Source: an uncultured PS1 clade bacterium (GTDB lineage: Bacteria > Pseudomonadota > Alphaproteobacteria > RS24). From it: a stretch of DNA of 64,000 bases. The notes below the pieces were generated by a model. The model did not search any database, was not told the origin of the DNA, and worked only from the letters and a program-made list of their open reading frames with translations. The stretch's first letter is position 1; each line of letters begins with the position of its first letter. Below, piece by piece: positions 19,808 through 29,236 of this stretch. The DNA lies in contig CACNWB010000005.1 in assembly GCA_902624095.1 (NCBI GenBank), positions 7,886 through 71,885 of the forward strand, read 5' to 3'. The translations under genes and the position numbers were made by a program.

Positions 19808-20536
19808 CTAGGAATCGATAATCTGTTCAAGCGATACTTCCGATAGCGATGACAACAGTCGTTGCACCGCCCCCCTCAGCTCACCAAGTGGCACCGCGTT
19901 TTCGAACAAAACGTCAGGAACATTCGGCACACGCAAAATGATACGGCGCCATTCATGCACCAATGAAAGCCGTAGCACAGCGTGATCCAATTCCGCCGAA
20001 CCCGATCCGGTGGAAAAGTCCGTCAATCGCGCGTGTAAATTTCGGGCAGCGCGCAAAACATCGCACGCAACCAATCGATCCACCATCCATGAGGGCAGCG
20101 GGTCTGTTACCGCAAGGTTCATCGCACCCTCATATTTCGATGTGACCAGGCTTATGCCGGAAGAGATACGGAAACCCTCTGGCGCAATTTTGCTCGGATC
20201 ATACAGAGCAAGCATCAGCGCCTGCCCCGAAGCCGCCCCATAAATACGCGGCGCAGCCTCGCGGCTAAGATTGCGCCCATTATCGGTTAGGCGATAGTGG
20301 CTTTCACGACCGAATTTTGCGCTTTCAAGCCAATCTTCTTTGCGCAGGCGATGCAGGGCCACACGCGTGGCTTCCGGTTTCACCCCGATTTGTGCGGTCA
20401 GTCGGTTAAGTGTTCGGGAGCTAATATAGCGGTTATCTTCGCGAGCCAAATCGCCGAAAATCGTCACAATAAACGACCAGACGCGTGGACGTTCCCCGCC
20501 AAGGATATGGTGGACGGCAGGCGTCATGGGCCGCAT
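19808..20536 (-). CDS. paaX: PaaX family transcriptional repressor (short, 242 aa)
   Basis: VWSFIVTIFGDLAR...ISSRTLNRLTAQIGVKPEATRVALHRLRKEDWLES...YRLT is the PaaX N-terminal wHTH. The start is set at ATG 20536. The tracked 421-aa ORF extends antisense into paaG. Confidence 0.8.
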   Translation of the reverse strand: MRPMTPAVHHILGGERPRVWSFIVTIFGDLAREDNRYISSRTLNRLTAQIGVKPEATRVALHRLRKEDWLESAKFGRESHYRLTDNGRNLSREAAPRIYGAASGQALMLALYDPSKIAPEGFRISSGISLVTSKYEGAMNLAVTDPLPSWMVDRLVACDVLRAARNLHARLTDFSTGSGSAELDHAVLRLSLVHEWRRIILRVPNVPDVLFENAVPLGELRGAVQRLLSSLSEVSLEQIIDS

Positions 20537-20568
20537 GTAACTCCTTCTTCGATTCTTGTTTAATAATT

Positions 20569-20584
20569 GACCGACTGGTCGGCT
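20569..20584. promoter_or_regulatory. palindrome GACCGACTGGTCGGCT in the paaX/paaG divergent promoter region (candidate operator)
   Basis: CCGAC-TG-GTCGG is a perfect 5+5 inverted repeat in the middle of a 90-bp divergent intergenic region. Confidence 0.3.
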
Positions 20585-20626
20585 TATGCAACGATTAAAC
20601 GAAATTGATTGAGGGAGTCTACATTC

Positions 20627-21412
20627 ATGAGCGATACAATCCAGTGCCTTGAACATGATGGTTGGTTTGAGATTACCCTGAACCGGCCCGATCAACTCAA
20701 CAGTTTTACCGATGAAATGCATTTGGCCCTTCGTGCGTGCTTGCAAAAAGCTCAAGACAACTCTACGCGTGCCGTATTGTTGACGGGCGCGGGGCGCGGA
20801 TTTTGTGCGGGTCAGGATTTGGGCGACCGAAACCCTTCTAAAATGGACGGGCCGCCGGATCTGGGCGCGACAGTGCGCGCATTTTATGCCCCGCTCGTGA
20901 AACAAATACGTGAACTGCCCTGTCCGGTTGTGTGTGCCGTAAATGGTGTAGCCGCGGGCGCCGGCGCAAATATTGCGCTCGCTTGTGACATCGTACTGGC
21001 AGCCAAAAGTGCCAAGTTTATCCAATCCTTTTCCAAAGTGGGATTGATCCCTGACACGGGCGGCAGTTGGCATCTACCGCATTTGCTTGGCGAAGTCCGT
21101 GCCAAGGGACTGGCTTTTTCCGCCGAACCTCTAAGCGCTGAAAAAGCCGAAAGCTGGGGTCTCATCTGGAAATCGGTCGAGGATGCGAGCCTGATGCAAA
21201 CCGCACGCGACATGGTGGAAAGCTTCGCCAAAGGGCCCACATTGGGCCTTGCACTTACTAAAGAAGCGATCCAGACATCTTGGGATAATGATTTGCTCAC
21301 CCATCTCGACAAAGAGGCCGAATTCATGACCCGTTGTGGCGAAAGCGCGGATTACGCCGAAGGGGTCAGTTCATTTCTGGAAAAACGGGCACCAAATTTT
21401 AAAGGCCGATAG
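20627..21412 (+). CDS. paaG: 2-(1,2-epoxy-1,2-dihydrophenyl)acetyl-CoA isomerase (crotonase fold)
   Basis: It is collinear with E. coli PaaG as I remember that sequence: TLNRPDQLNSFTDEMH, LLTGAGRGFCAGQDLGDRN, VCAVNGVAAGAGAN, ADYAEGVSSFLEKRAPNFKG. Confidence 0.9.
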   Translation: MSDTIQCLEHDGWFEITLNRPDQLNSFTDEMHLALRACLQKAQDNSTRAVLLTGAGRGFCAGQDLGDRNPSKMDGPPDLGATVRAFYAPLVKQIRELPCPVVCAVNGVAAGAGANIALACDIVLAAKSAKFIQSFSKVGLIPDTGGSWHLPHLLGEVRAKGLAFSAEPLSAEKAESWGLIWKSVEDASLMQTARDMVESFAKGPTLGLALTKEAIQTSWDNDLLTHLDKEAEFMTRCGESADYAEGVSSFLEKRAPNFKGR

Positions 21413-21522
21413 TCACGGACGCCATTAAACTACGCAAAATCAGCTGAGGCAAAGGGGAGCCACAAGAAGGCTTCAGGCTTGGCGTATCAGCCTAAAGGGA
21501 ATGTAGAAAGAGACGGACAAAC

Positions 21523-22824
21523 ATGAAGGATTTAACGCCAAAAAAATCGGATCTTGACCCGATTGAAATCGCATCAGTAGACGAGATCCGGGCGCTTCAA
21601 TTGGAGCGTTTGAAATGGTCATTGAGCCATGCCTATGACAATGTTGCCATGTATCGCGAGCGCTTTGATACTGCCGGCGTGCATCCGGATGATGTGACGG
21701 ATTTATCTGATCTGGCGAAATTCCCGTTTACCACCAAAGGTGATCTGCGCGATCACTATCCTTTTGGCATGTTTGCCGTACCGGATGAGAAAATCATCCG
21801 CATTCATGCTTCCTCCGGAACAACCGGAAAATCGACCGTTGTTGGTTATACAAGGCAGGATATTGATGTTTGGGCCGATTTGGTTGCGCGCAGCTTGCGC
21901 GCGTCCGGCGTGCGAGCAGGCGACTTGGTGCATTGTGCCTATGGCTACGGATTGTTCACAGGCGGCCTTGGCGCGCATTACGGAATTGAGCGCCTGGGTG
22001 CGCGCGTGGTGCCGATGGGCGGGGGACAGACCGAAAAACAAATTACATTGCTTGAGGATTTCAAACCCAAAGCGATTATGGTCACGCCGTCCTACATGCT
22101 CAATATTCTGGAAGCCTATCGCGCGGCCGGGCTGGATTTGCGCGCATCATCGCTCGACGTCGGTATTTTTGGCGCCGAACCGTGGACCAATTCCATGCGC
22201 GAGGAAATTGAACAGGCCTTTGACATGCATGCGGTGGATATTTACGGCCTGTCCGAGATAATGGGCCCCGGGGTAGCCAATGAATGCGTCGAAACCAAAG
22301 ACGGCCTACATCTGTGGGAAGACCATTTTTATCCGGAAATCATCGACCCCGAAACGGGCGCGGTATTGCCCGACGGGTCGGAGGGCGAACTGGTGTTTAC
22401 CTCATTGACCAAAGAGGGCATGCCGATGATCCGCTATCGCACACGTGATTTGACCCGCCTGTTGCCGGGCACCGCACGCACCATGCGGCGGATTGAAAAA
22501 ATTACCGGCCGGTCGGATGACATGATTATTCTGCGCGGGGTCAATGTATTCCCCACACAGATCGAAGAGCAGGTTTTGGCAACCGACGGTCTGGCTCCTT
22601 ATTTTCAGATAGAATTGTTGAAAGAGGGGCGCATGGATGCCATGCGCGTGCATGTTGAGGTTGAAGCCGACGCCGCAAGCGAAGACGCCCGCTCTGCAGC
22701 GGCGGCCTCATTGGGCAAAAAAATAAAAGATATTGTAGGTGTTTCAACCGAAATCACGGTCGGTGACCCCGGCGCGGTCGAACGTTCCCAAGGCAAGGCA
22801 CGCCGCGTTGTGGACAATCGATAA
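21523..22824 (+). CDS. paaK: phenylacetate--CoA ligase
   Basis: DPIEIASVDEIRALQLERLKWSLSHAYDNV, IHASSGTTGKSTVVGYT and GRSDDMIILRGVNVFPTQIE are PaaK hallmarks. The protein is 433 aa. Confidence 0.9.
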   Translation: MKDLTPKKSDLDPIEIASVDEIRALQLERLKWSLSHAYDNVAMYRERFDTAGVHPDDVTDLSDLAKFPFTTKGDLRDHYPFGMFAVPDEKIIRIHASSGTTGKSTVVGYTRQDIDVWADLVARSLRASGVRAGDLVHCAYGYGLFTGGLGAHYGIERLGARVVPMGGGQTEKQITLLEDFKPKAIMVTPSYMLNILEAYRAAGLDLRASSLDVGIFGAEPWTNSMREEIEQAFDMHAVDIYGLSEIMGPGVANECVETKDGLHLWEDHFYPEIIDPETGAVLPDGSEGELVFTSLTKEGMPMIRYRTRDLTRLLPGTARTMRRIEKITGRSDDMIILRGVNVFPTQIEEQVLATDGLAPYFQIELLKEGRMDAMRVHVEVEADAASEDARSAAAASLGKKIKDIVGVSTEITVGDPGAVERSQGKARRVVDNR

Positions 22825-22830
22825 AACGGC

Positions 22831-23433
22831 ATGGTTCGCACAATAGCCAAAGACTACGATGCTAAACGTGAGAGGATTCTGGCCGCTGCCGCAAATGTAT
22901 TTGCAAATTGTGGGGTGACCAGCGCTTCCATGACAGAAGTGGCCAAAGCCTGTGGCATATCGAAAGGAAACATCTACCATTATTACGACAGCAAGCTGGC
23001 CATATTATTTGAGATACTGGACAATTATTTGTCGCGCCTTCGAGGTCTCGTAATCGCGATAGAACTGGATATAAGCGATGTGCAGGGATCGCTAGAAGCG
23101 CTTTGCGCTGAGATTTTAAATGCCTATGAGGGGATGGATGACGAACATAAAATACAAACCGAAGGCATTCCCCTATTGCCGGAGGATCAGCAATGCATTC
23201 TCAAAGGATATCAACGCGATATGGTGCACCATTTGGAGGCATTTTTGAGCGCCACCAATGAAGACCTTAAATCGGACACGCAGGCCCTGCGCGCAGCCAC
23301 TATGTCCGTGTTCGGCATGCTCAATTGGTTTTACATGTGGAACACGCGGAACGATGCTGACGGACGTGCGACCTACGCCAAAACAGTCGCTGCCATGACA
23401 ATGGGCGGTGTGCCAAAGCTCAGAGGGTTTTAA
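22831..23433 (+). CDS. TetR/AcrR family transcriptional regulator (PaaR-like position)
   Basis: The N-terminal HTH is ERILAAAANVFANCGVTSASMTEVAKACGISKGNIYHYYDSK. It lies 6 nt downstream of paaK. Confidence 0.85.
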   Translation: MVRTIAKDYDAKRERILAAAANVFANCGVTSASMTEVAKACGISKGNIYHYYDSKLAILFEILDNYLSRLRGLVIAIELDISDVQGSLEALCAEILNAYEGMDDEHKIQTEGIPLLPEDQQCILKGYQRDMVHHLEAFLSATNEDLKSDTQALRAATMSVFGMLNWFYMWNTRNDADGRATYAKTVAAMTMGGVPKLRGF

Positions 23434-23438
23434 AAAAC

Positions 23439-24500
23439 CTAGTGATCAAATTCGACATCGACCTGTTCGCTTACCGGAAAAGACTGGCAGGCCAAGACAT
23501 ACCCCTGTTCAATTTCATAATCCTCAAGCGCATGATTGGCGACCATGTCGACCTCGCCTTTGGTTACTCTGCACCGGCAGGTCGAACACACACCCGACTT
23601 GCAAGCGTAAGGCGCATCGAGGGCATGATCCAGGGAAGCCTCCAATATCGATTGATCGGCATTCATGGTAATTCGGCGCTGCGTGCCCTCTATTGTGACG
23701 CCCAATGCTATAATCTTATCAGCAGATGTGGCCGCTTTTCTTCTCTGTTCCAAACGCCCGTGCTGAGACGCGGCAAAAAGTTCAAATTTAATTTGCTCAT
23801 CGCGCAAACCATGCGCGCGCAAAGCGTCGGCTATGGCCAACATCATAGGTTCGGGGCCGCAGATAAAAGCGGTGTCCATAGCCGTAATATCAATCCAGTG
23901 CTTGAACAGAAGGCCACATTTTTCTTCGTCTACACGCCCCTGAAATAGGTCAATATCTTGAGCCTCAGTTTCTAAAATATGCAAGATGGTGAGCCGACCC
24001 ATGAATTGGTTTTTCAGATCTTCAAGCTCTTCTTTAAACATGATCGTGTTCACGCCCCGGTTAGCATAGACAAGCGTGAATTTTGATTGCGGTTCTCGGT
24101 TCAAAGTGGTCTTGAGAATGGACAGGACAGGGGTAATCCCGGAGCCACCGGCGAACCCAACATAGTTTTTTTCAAGTTCAGGTTCGAGAGGCATATGGAA
24201 ATTTCCCATGGGCACCATTCCCTCAACCCGCATGCCCGGTGTCAAAGTATCATTTGCCCAATTGGAAAAAGCGCCTCCCTCAACACGTTTGATGCCAACT
24301 TTAAGCCCCTCACCCTTACCCGCACAAATCGAATAGGATCTGCGAATTTCGGTGCCCTCAATGACCTGGCGAAAGGTCAGATATTGACCCTGTTCGAAAT
24401 CAAAATCAGCTTTGTTATCTTCCGGTTTGAGGGAAACAACAATTGCATCACGAATTGTATTTTCAACATCAGTAACTATCAGAGAATGAAATTTGGCCAT
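23439..24500 (-). CDS. paaE: 1,2-phenylacetyl-CoA epoxidase reductase subunit
   Basis: It has an FNR-like FAD/NAD module (RSYSIC, GGSGITP) plus a C-terminal plant-type 2Fe-2S motif CKSGVCSTCRC...C. Confidence 0.9.
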   Translation of the reverse strand: MAKFHSLIVTDVENTIRDAIVVSLKPEDNKADFDFEQGQYLTFRQVIEGTEIRRSYSICAGKGEGLKVGIKRVEGGAFSNWANDTLTPGMRVEGMVPMGNFHMPLEPELEKNYVGFAGGSGITPVLSILKTTLNREPQSKFTLVYANRGVNTIMFKEELEDLKNQFMGRLTILHILETEAQDIDLFQGRVDEEKCGLLFKHWIDITAMDTAFICGPEPMMLAIADALRAHGLRDEQIKFELFAASQHGRLEQRRKAATSADKIIALGVTIEGTQRRITMNADQSILEASLDHALDAPYACKSGVCSTCRCRVTKGEVDMVANHALEDYEIEQGYVLACQSFPVSEQVDVEFDH

Positions 24501-24509
24501 TTCACCCCC

Positions 24510-25004
24510 TCAAATACATTTGAAGTAGTCAAAGGACTCATGACATGTGTCGCATCGCCAGTGCGCCTTGCACGGGGTTGAGCCGAATTGAGACACAAGG
24601 CTGACCCCGTTTGCACTGCAAAGCGGACAGGCCTCTGGCTGTCCCTTGGCGCTTGGCGCCGCAATGCCATATTCGCGCAATTTCGTCTTTCCCTTTTCCG
24701 ACATCCAATCCGTCGTCCAGGGGGGCGAAATTTGCTGATTGATAACAAGTTGTTCGACACCATGTGCGCCCAGCGCGTTGCGCACATCCTGCTCGATGAC
24801 CCGTGTCGCAGGGCAACCCGAATAGGTGGGGCTCAGCGTGACACTGAGCACATTTCCGGAATAAGCCACATCGCGAACAATCCCCAAATCGACGAGTGAA
24901 ATCACAGGGATCTCGGGGTCGGGTACCTCGTCCAGCCATTGCCACACGGTCTCTATATCCGGATGCGCTACCACGTGGCCCCCGGATAGGCACGTTGCAG
25001 CCAC
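24510..25004 (-). CDS. paaD: phenylacetate-CoA oxygenase subunit PaaD (PaaJ nomenclature in some genomes)
   Basis: VWQWLDEVPDPEIPVISLVDLGIVRDV is a SUF/MIP18-like domain, with a C-terminal Cys cluster. An alternative GTG start at 24974 would give a 7-nt overlap with the paaC stop instead of 37 nt. Confidence 0.85.
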   Translation of the reverse strand: MAATCLSGGHVVAHPDIETVWQWLDEVPDPEIPVISLVDLGIVRDVAYSGNVLSVTLSPTYSGCPATRVIEQDVRNALGAHGVEQLVINQQISPPWTTDWMSEKGKTKLREYGIAAPSAKGQPEACPLCSANGVSLVSQFGSTPCKAHWRCDTCHESFDYFKCI

Positions 25005-25723
25005 TGCATTTGTGTCAGCAAATGTCCCAAATGCTCGCTGTGCTGTTTGCCCGACCGACCGCCCGAATGTGCAAAACTTGTTTCCGGAATGGCAAGTGTT
25101 GCCGCACCCAGGATCGCCTTTGCGCGGGCGTCGAAACGGCTGCGTAACGATGACGGCAAGGGCGCGATGCCCGTTTCATTCAGCGTCTCATCGCCAGCAT
25201 CCGTTTCAAACAATTCGCCCGCAAATGTCCACTGATTATCCAATGCGGCCTGCATGCGCGCATGGCTTTCTTGCGTTCCGTCCCCAAGAGCGATAATCGT
25301 CGTGGCGGAGCGTTCAACGTGGTATTCGACTTCTTTCAGAGATTTCGCGGCAATGGCGGCGATGCGGGCGTCACTGCTATTGACCAATTCAGACAGCAAC
25401 TCAACGTGATAGGCATCAAAAAGGAATTGCCGCATCATGGTTTGTCCAAAATGACCATTTGGGCGTTCGACCAAAATCGCATTGCGAAAATCCCACGCAT
25501 CTCGAAGCATCGCCAGATCGTCAGAACTGCGGCCCATGCCTTCCACCTCACCAGCAAGGCCCAACCACATTTGCGTCTGTCCCAGCAAATCAAGTGCGAT
25601 ATTGGCAAGCGCAATATCTTCTTCAACAACAGGGGCATGGCCGCACCATTCGCTGATGCGGTGAGACAAGATGAGGGTATTGTCCCCCTGCCGAAGCAAG
25701 AATTCGAACAAGGGGTCGCGCAT
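24968..25723 (-). CDS. paaC: 1,2-phenylacetyl-CoA epoxidase structural subunit
   Basis: FEFLLRQGDNTLILSHRISEWCGHAPVVEEDIALANIALDLLGQ is a PaaC ferritin-like fold. The order paaABCDE is preserved. Confidence 0.85.
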   Translation of the reverse strand: MRDPLFEFLLRQGDNTLILSHRISEWCGHAPVVEEDIALANIALDLLGQTQMWLGLAGEVEGMGRSSDDLAMLRDAWDFRNAILVERPNGHFGQTMMRQFLFDAYHVELLSELVNSSDARIAAIAAKSLKEVEYHVERSATTIIALGDGTQESHARMQAALDNQWTFAGELFETDAGDETLNETGIAPLPSSLRSRFDARAKAILGAATLAIPETSFAHSGGRSGKQHSEHLGHLLTQMQWLQRAYPGATW

Positions 25724-26028
25724 TACATTGCTCCTACATCGTCGGGAATGTCGAAAAATGTCGGGTGACGGTAGACTTTGGATTGGGACGGTTCATACAT
25801 TGGGCCCTTATCCGATGGGGATGACGCTGTTATTTTTGATGCTTCAACAACCCAAATGCTAACCCCTTCATTGCGGCGGGTATAAACATCGCGCGCATTT
25901 TTAATTGCCATTTCGCTATCCGCTGCATGTAAAGATCCAACATGGCGGTGCGACATACCGTGCTGCCCGCGAATGAATATTTCCCATAGCGGCCATTCAT
26001 TGCGGGCGGTGGGGCTCTCATCACTCAT
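25723..26028 (-). CDS. paaB: 1,2-phenylacetyl-CoA epoxidase subunit B
   Basis: [41 protein letters not shown] is a canonical PaaB. The stop and start overlap by 1 nt with paaC. Confidence 0.9.
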   Translation of the reverse strand: MSDESPTARNEWPLWEIFIRGQHGMSHRHVGSLHAADSEMAIKNARDVYTRRNEGVSIWVVEASKITASSPSDKGPMYEPSQSKVYRHPTFFDIPDDVGAM

Positions 26029-27032
26029 TCGGCCGCCACTTTTTCGTTCGCGGCTTTTTTACGAGCGTGCTCCATCATGCCCTCACGCACCCATTCACCG
26101 TCATTCCAAGCCTTATTGCGTGCAGACAAGCGCTCGGTATTACACGGCCCATTGCCATTGAGAACTTCAAAAAACTCGTTCCAATCCGGCTCGGAAAATT
26201 CGTAGTGCCCAGTTTCTTGATTAAAGTGCAGCTTCTCATCCGGAACAGTCAAACCAAGATATTCGGCTTGAGGAACCGTTTGGTCGACGAATTTCTGGCG
26301 CAATTCGTCGTTCGAATTGATTTTAATGCGCCATTTCATCGACTGCGTGGAATGCACGCTTTCCTTGTCCGACGGTCCAAACATCATGAGCGACGGATAC
26401 CAATACCTGTTTAGCGCATCTTGCGCCATGCGCTTTTGTGCGATAGAACCTTGAGCCATCTTCATCATAATGTCATAGCCCTGACGTTGATGAAAACTTT
26501 CCTCTTTGCAGATACGGATCATTGCCCGCGCATAAGGACCGTATGATGTCCGTTGCAGCGGTACCTGGTTCATAATTGCAGCCCCATCGACGAGCCATCC
26601 AACCGCGCCCATATCCGCCCATGTCAGCGTCGGATAATTAAAGATCGACGAATATTTCATGCGCCCATCCAGCAGCATTTCCGTGAGCTCATCGCGGCTC
26701 ACGCCCAATGTTTCAGCCGCACAATAAAGGTAAAGACCATGCCCGGCCTCATCTTGAACCTTGGCCAGCAAAATGGCCTTGCGTTCCAGTGTCGGAGCAC
26801 GTGTAATCCAGTTTCCTTCCGGCAATTGCCCGACAATTTCGGAATGGGCGTGCTGGCTGATTTGGCGGATCAATGTTTTGTGATAGCCGTCGGGCATCCA
26901 ATCCTTTGGCTCAATTCTTTCGCCCGCATCAATACGCGCCTGGAAGGCGTCAAATTCCGGGCCGCTATCTGTATTCTCGGATTTCACCATTTGGGCATAC
27001 ATTCGCTCGTTCCTCATAGCTATTTGGGACAA
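26025..27032 (-). CDS. paaA: 1,2-phenylacetyl-CoA epoxidase catalytic subunit
   Basis: It has the di-iron motifs QHAHSEIVG and DEAGHGLY / EESFHQRQG. The protein is 335 aa, with an ATGA overlap with paaB. Confidence 0.95.
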   Translation of the reverse strand: MSQIAMRNERMYAQMVKSENTDSGPEFDAFQARIDAGERIEPKDWMPDGYHKTLIRQISQHAHSEIVGQLPEGNWITRAPTLERKAILLAKVQDEAGHGLYLYCAAETLGVSRDELTEMLLDGRMKYSSIFNYPTLTWADMGAVGWLVDGAAIMNQVPLQRTSYGPYARAMIRICKEESFHQRQGYDIMMKMAQGSIAQKRMAQDALNRYWYPSLMMFGPSDKESVHSTQSMKWRIKINSNDELRQKFVDQTVPQAEYLGLTVPDEKLHFNQETGHYEFSEPDWNEFFEVLNGNGPCNTERLSARNKAWNDGEWVREGMMEHARKKAANEKVAAE

Positions 27033-27102
27033 ACGGCCATTTCAGCCACTAACCCACTACAAGAAAATAGTTTAGCACGGTTCACATCATCACTCAATAT
27101 TT

Positions 27103-27141
27103 ACGTTACATAAAAATTGTTATGAGAATTTTTTGTAACGC
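27103..27141. promoter_or_regulatory. long-spaced inverted repeat upstream of paaA (candidate repressor site)
   Basis: ACGTTACATAAAAA - 12 nt - TTTTTTGTAACGC. The core arms CGTTACA/TGTAACG are perfect and 23 nt apart. The site lies 70-110 nt upstream of the paaA ATG. Confidence 0.3.
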
Positions 27142-27236
27142 ATTTATCCGTGTGTCCGCGCGCTTCACTATCAGAGCCAGAACCCAAAACTTTTGGTCTC
27201 ACGCTGGAATAATCGAAAATCCCGGTGATACAGAAA

Positions 27237-27761
27237 TTAAAGCGGTGAGGGTCGCACCGGATCGGTCCCGTCCCAGCCTTTGGCCGCATCTTCAACCAAT
27301 TTGAACAAATCCAGATACACTTCATTATTGTCCCAAAGCTCTATGAAGTGCCCAACGCTGTCTACAGTATCGAAATAAACCAGAGGGGCCCCGCCGACCG
27401 TGCATTCAAAAGCAGCCTCATGACCTCTGGCAGCATAATCCCGACACGTCTCTTCAAAATTTTCGGGCATCATCCCAAAGTGATGAACGCCGGTTTTGCC
27501 GGCATCGAGAAACTCTTTGTAGACGGAAGGCGCATCATTTTCGCAATAGATCAGTTCAATCTGTACATCCCCGGAATTACCCAGCGCGATAGAAATATCT
27601 GCATTTGATGCGCCGCCCCGGTATTTTTGATTTTCCAGAGGGGCATGCTCGAGCATGAAAAATGGCCCCACCTTAAGATATTCAGTCCAGTATTTAAGAG
27701 CCTTTTCCATATCTCTCACCACATAGGCAACTTGGCGAACGGTATATAAAGGTTGTGTCAT
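27237..27761 (-). CDS. VOC (glyoxalase/bleomycin-resistance/extradiol dioxygenase) family protein
   Basis: It has the two-module beta-alpha-beta-beta-beta pattern (VAYVVRDMEKALKYW ...VHHFGMM... GHFIELW). The RBS GGAGGAGGG precedes the ATG. Confidence 0.8.
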   Translation of the reverse strand: MTQPLYTVRQVAYVVRDMEKALKYWTEYLKVGPFFMLEHAPLENQKYRGGASNADISIALGNSGDVQIELIYCENDAPSVYKEFLDAGKTGVHHFGMMPENFEETCRDYAARGHEAAFECTVGGAPLVYFDTVDSVGHFIELWDNNEVYLDLFKLVEDAAKGWDGTDPVRPSPL

Positions 27762-27781
27762 AACTTTCCCTCCTCCGGTTT

Positions 27782-27868
27782 AAACAACCAGCAACAATGC
27801 TTTAACGCTACTTTTGAAGCCATTTCTAATCAAGACCATGCGGAGCGTCACTCGCCCGATATAAAACC
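27782..27868. repeat. copy A of an ~87-bp intergenic direct repeat (partner at 29830-29916)
   Basis: The ungapped alignment to copy B shows 65/87 identities. Identical blocks are GCTACTTTTGAA, ATCAAG and GCCCGATAT. Copy A lies immediately upstream of the VOC gene. Confidence 0.85.
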
Positions 27869-27889
27869 CCACTTTTGCGTCGGGACGGA

Positions 27890-29128
27890 TCAAGTAACTC
27901 CGATAGAATAGAGTATATCAGGAATGTGTTTCTTGACCTTGAAGAAGCCAGCTGTCGCGTGCGGCCAAATCGCCTCATCCCAATCCCTGCGCCATTCTAC
28001 GACCGTTATTCCGGACTCGTCCAAAGCGGGCTTGGCGTCAAGCATCCAGTCGCGCAAAGGGCCAGTTGGAATAAACGGCGTGGCGATCTGAGTGGCACCC
28101 GCGCGAGAAACCCAACGGGCCAGATCAGCCGGTACACCTGCTCGAAGCTCAGTTGTATCCAAATTGCTCCGCAAGGCGGCATCCTTTAACGCCTCTCGCT
28201 CAAACTCTTCTACCAAAGGTGAAACGGCTGAAGGAGAACGCAGATGGCTTGCTGTGAGTGTCACGCAACCAACGAGGTTCAAACGGGACAGGTCGAAGTC
28301 TTCGGGGCGACAATCTTCTTCAGTGACCAACAAAACAGTCGGGCGGCGAGGATCGGGGTTATCCGGCATCCGCGGTGGAGATACGCTGGGCAGGCCGTCA
28401 GGTTCTTCGCCCTCCAGACCTTCAACGACTTCTGCGAGATCAGCGGAGCCCGGGTTAAAACGGTTATTGGTAAACTTGGCGATATTCCAAGCCTGTGCCT
28501 GATAGGGCTTCCCCCTCGTGTGGAGGCCTCCAACCCAACGCCACCCCAGCGTATTTGAAGCCGGGTCCCCATCAAGAAGGTGCCGAAAGAAGAAGTCCGC
28601 CCCCAGCCTCCAGGGCAATTCGAGTGAGAAGATCCAGATTGAGGCAAACCACATACGGGCATGGTTATGAAGGTAACCAGTTTCGACTAACTCTTGCGCC
28701 CAGCTATCGAAATAATCGAGCCCGGTCTGCCCGGTCTCAGCGGCCTCTACGCGCTTGCGGAGGCCACTATCGCGATCAAGCGCGGCGAGGTCACGTGCCA
28801 GGCCCTTTTTGTATAAATCCCAGATAACGGGGCGGTGTTCCAGCCACCCTTTGAAATAGGCGCGCCAAACAACTTCTTGGATAAATTTCTCGGCTCCTTC
28901 TGCACCATGCGTCTGAACTGCTGTTGCGACCACGTCCTGTTCAAGAACAAGCCGTCGCCGCAAATATGGCGATAACATTGAAACATCGCGGTGTTGACCC
29001 ATGCCTCGATCAAAATTGCGCCCGTTTGTATAGCGTTTTCCCATTTTGGGCGCGAAAACCTCTAAGGCCGCCTCGCCGGCCATACGGGTCGGAATAAATT
29101 GTTGGTTGCTTAGATAATCAGACTGCAT
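27890..29128 (-). CDS. photolyase/cryptochrome-family FAD-binding protein with apparently permuted domain order
   Basis: The N-terminal 240 aa carry photolyase FAD-domain blocks: LSPYLRRRLV, VVWRAYFKGW, TGYLHNHARMWFASIW and FFFRHLLDGDPASNTLGWRWVGG. The C-terminal ~165 aa look like the alpha/beta domain (TVLLVTEEDCRPED ... AGFFKVKKHIP). Confidence 0.8.
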   Translation of the reverse strand: MQSDYLSNQQFIPTRMAGEAALEVFAPKMGKRYTNGRNFDRGMGQHRDVSMLSPYLRRRLVLEQDVVATAVQTHGAEGAEKFIQEVVWRAYFKGWLEHRPVIWDLYKKGLARDLAALDRDSGLRKRVEAAETGQTGLDYFDSWAQELVETGYLHNHARMWFASIWIFSLELPWRLGADFFFRHLLDGDPASNTLGWRWVGGLHTRGKPYQAQAWNIAKFTNNRFNPGSADLAEVVEGLEGEEPDGLPSVSPPRMPDNPDPRRPTVLLVTEEDCRPEDFDLSRLNLVGCVTLTASHLRSPSAVSPLVEEFEREALKDAALRSNLDTTELRAGVPADLARWVSRAGATQIATPFIPTGPLRDWMLDAKPALDESGITVVEWRRDWDEAIWPHATAGFFKVKKHIPDILYSIGVT

Positions 29129-29236
29129 GACGTCCCTCTATCATCGGTCTATGGGAAGTAAGTTGAAATATCAGCGTGTCGAGGAGCCAAAATTTTTTAG
29201 GGCCGCGAATTGATGGGAATAATCTTTAATATCCCA

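Noticed and set aside
20537-21073. The N-terminal 179 aa of the tracked 421-aa minus-strand ORF (19808-21073), which run antisense through the paaG 5' region.
   Set aside because: Only the C-terminal 242 aa (from ATG 20536) resemble PaaX. The extension has no motifs and lies fully inside a confidently called plus-strand paaG. I treat it as a shadow ORF.
27782-27868. ECF (EcfG GGAAC-N16-17-CGTT, or RpoE/ChrR-type) promoter inside the 87-bp repeat, which could have linked the cassette to a stress or photo-oxidative regulon.
   Set aside because: Copy A has CGTT at the -10 position but no GGAAC at the right distance. Copy B has neither. The conserved layout fits a housekeeping-like TTGAtt-N17-TAGCnT better.
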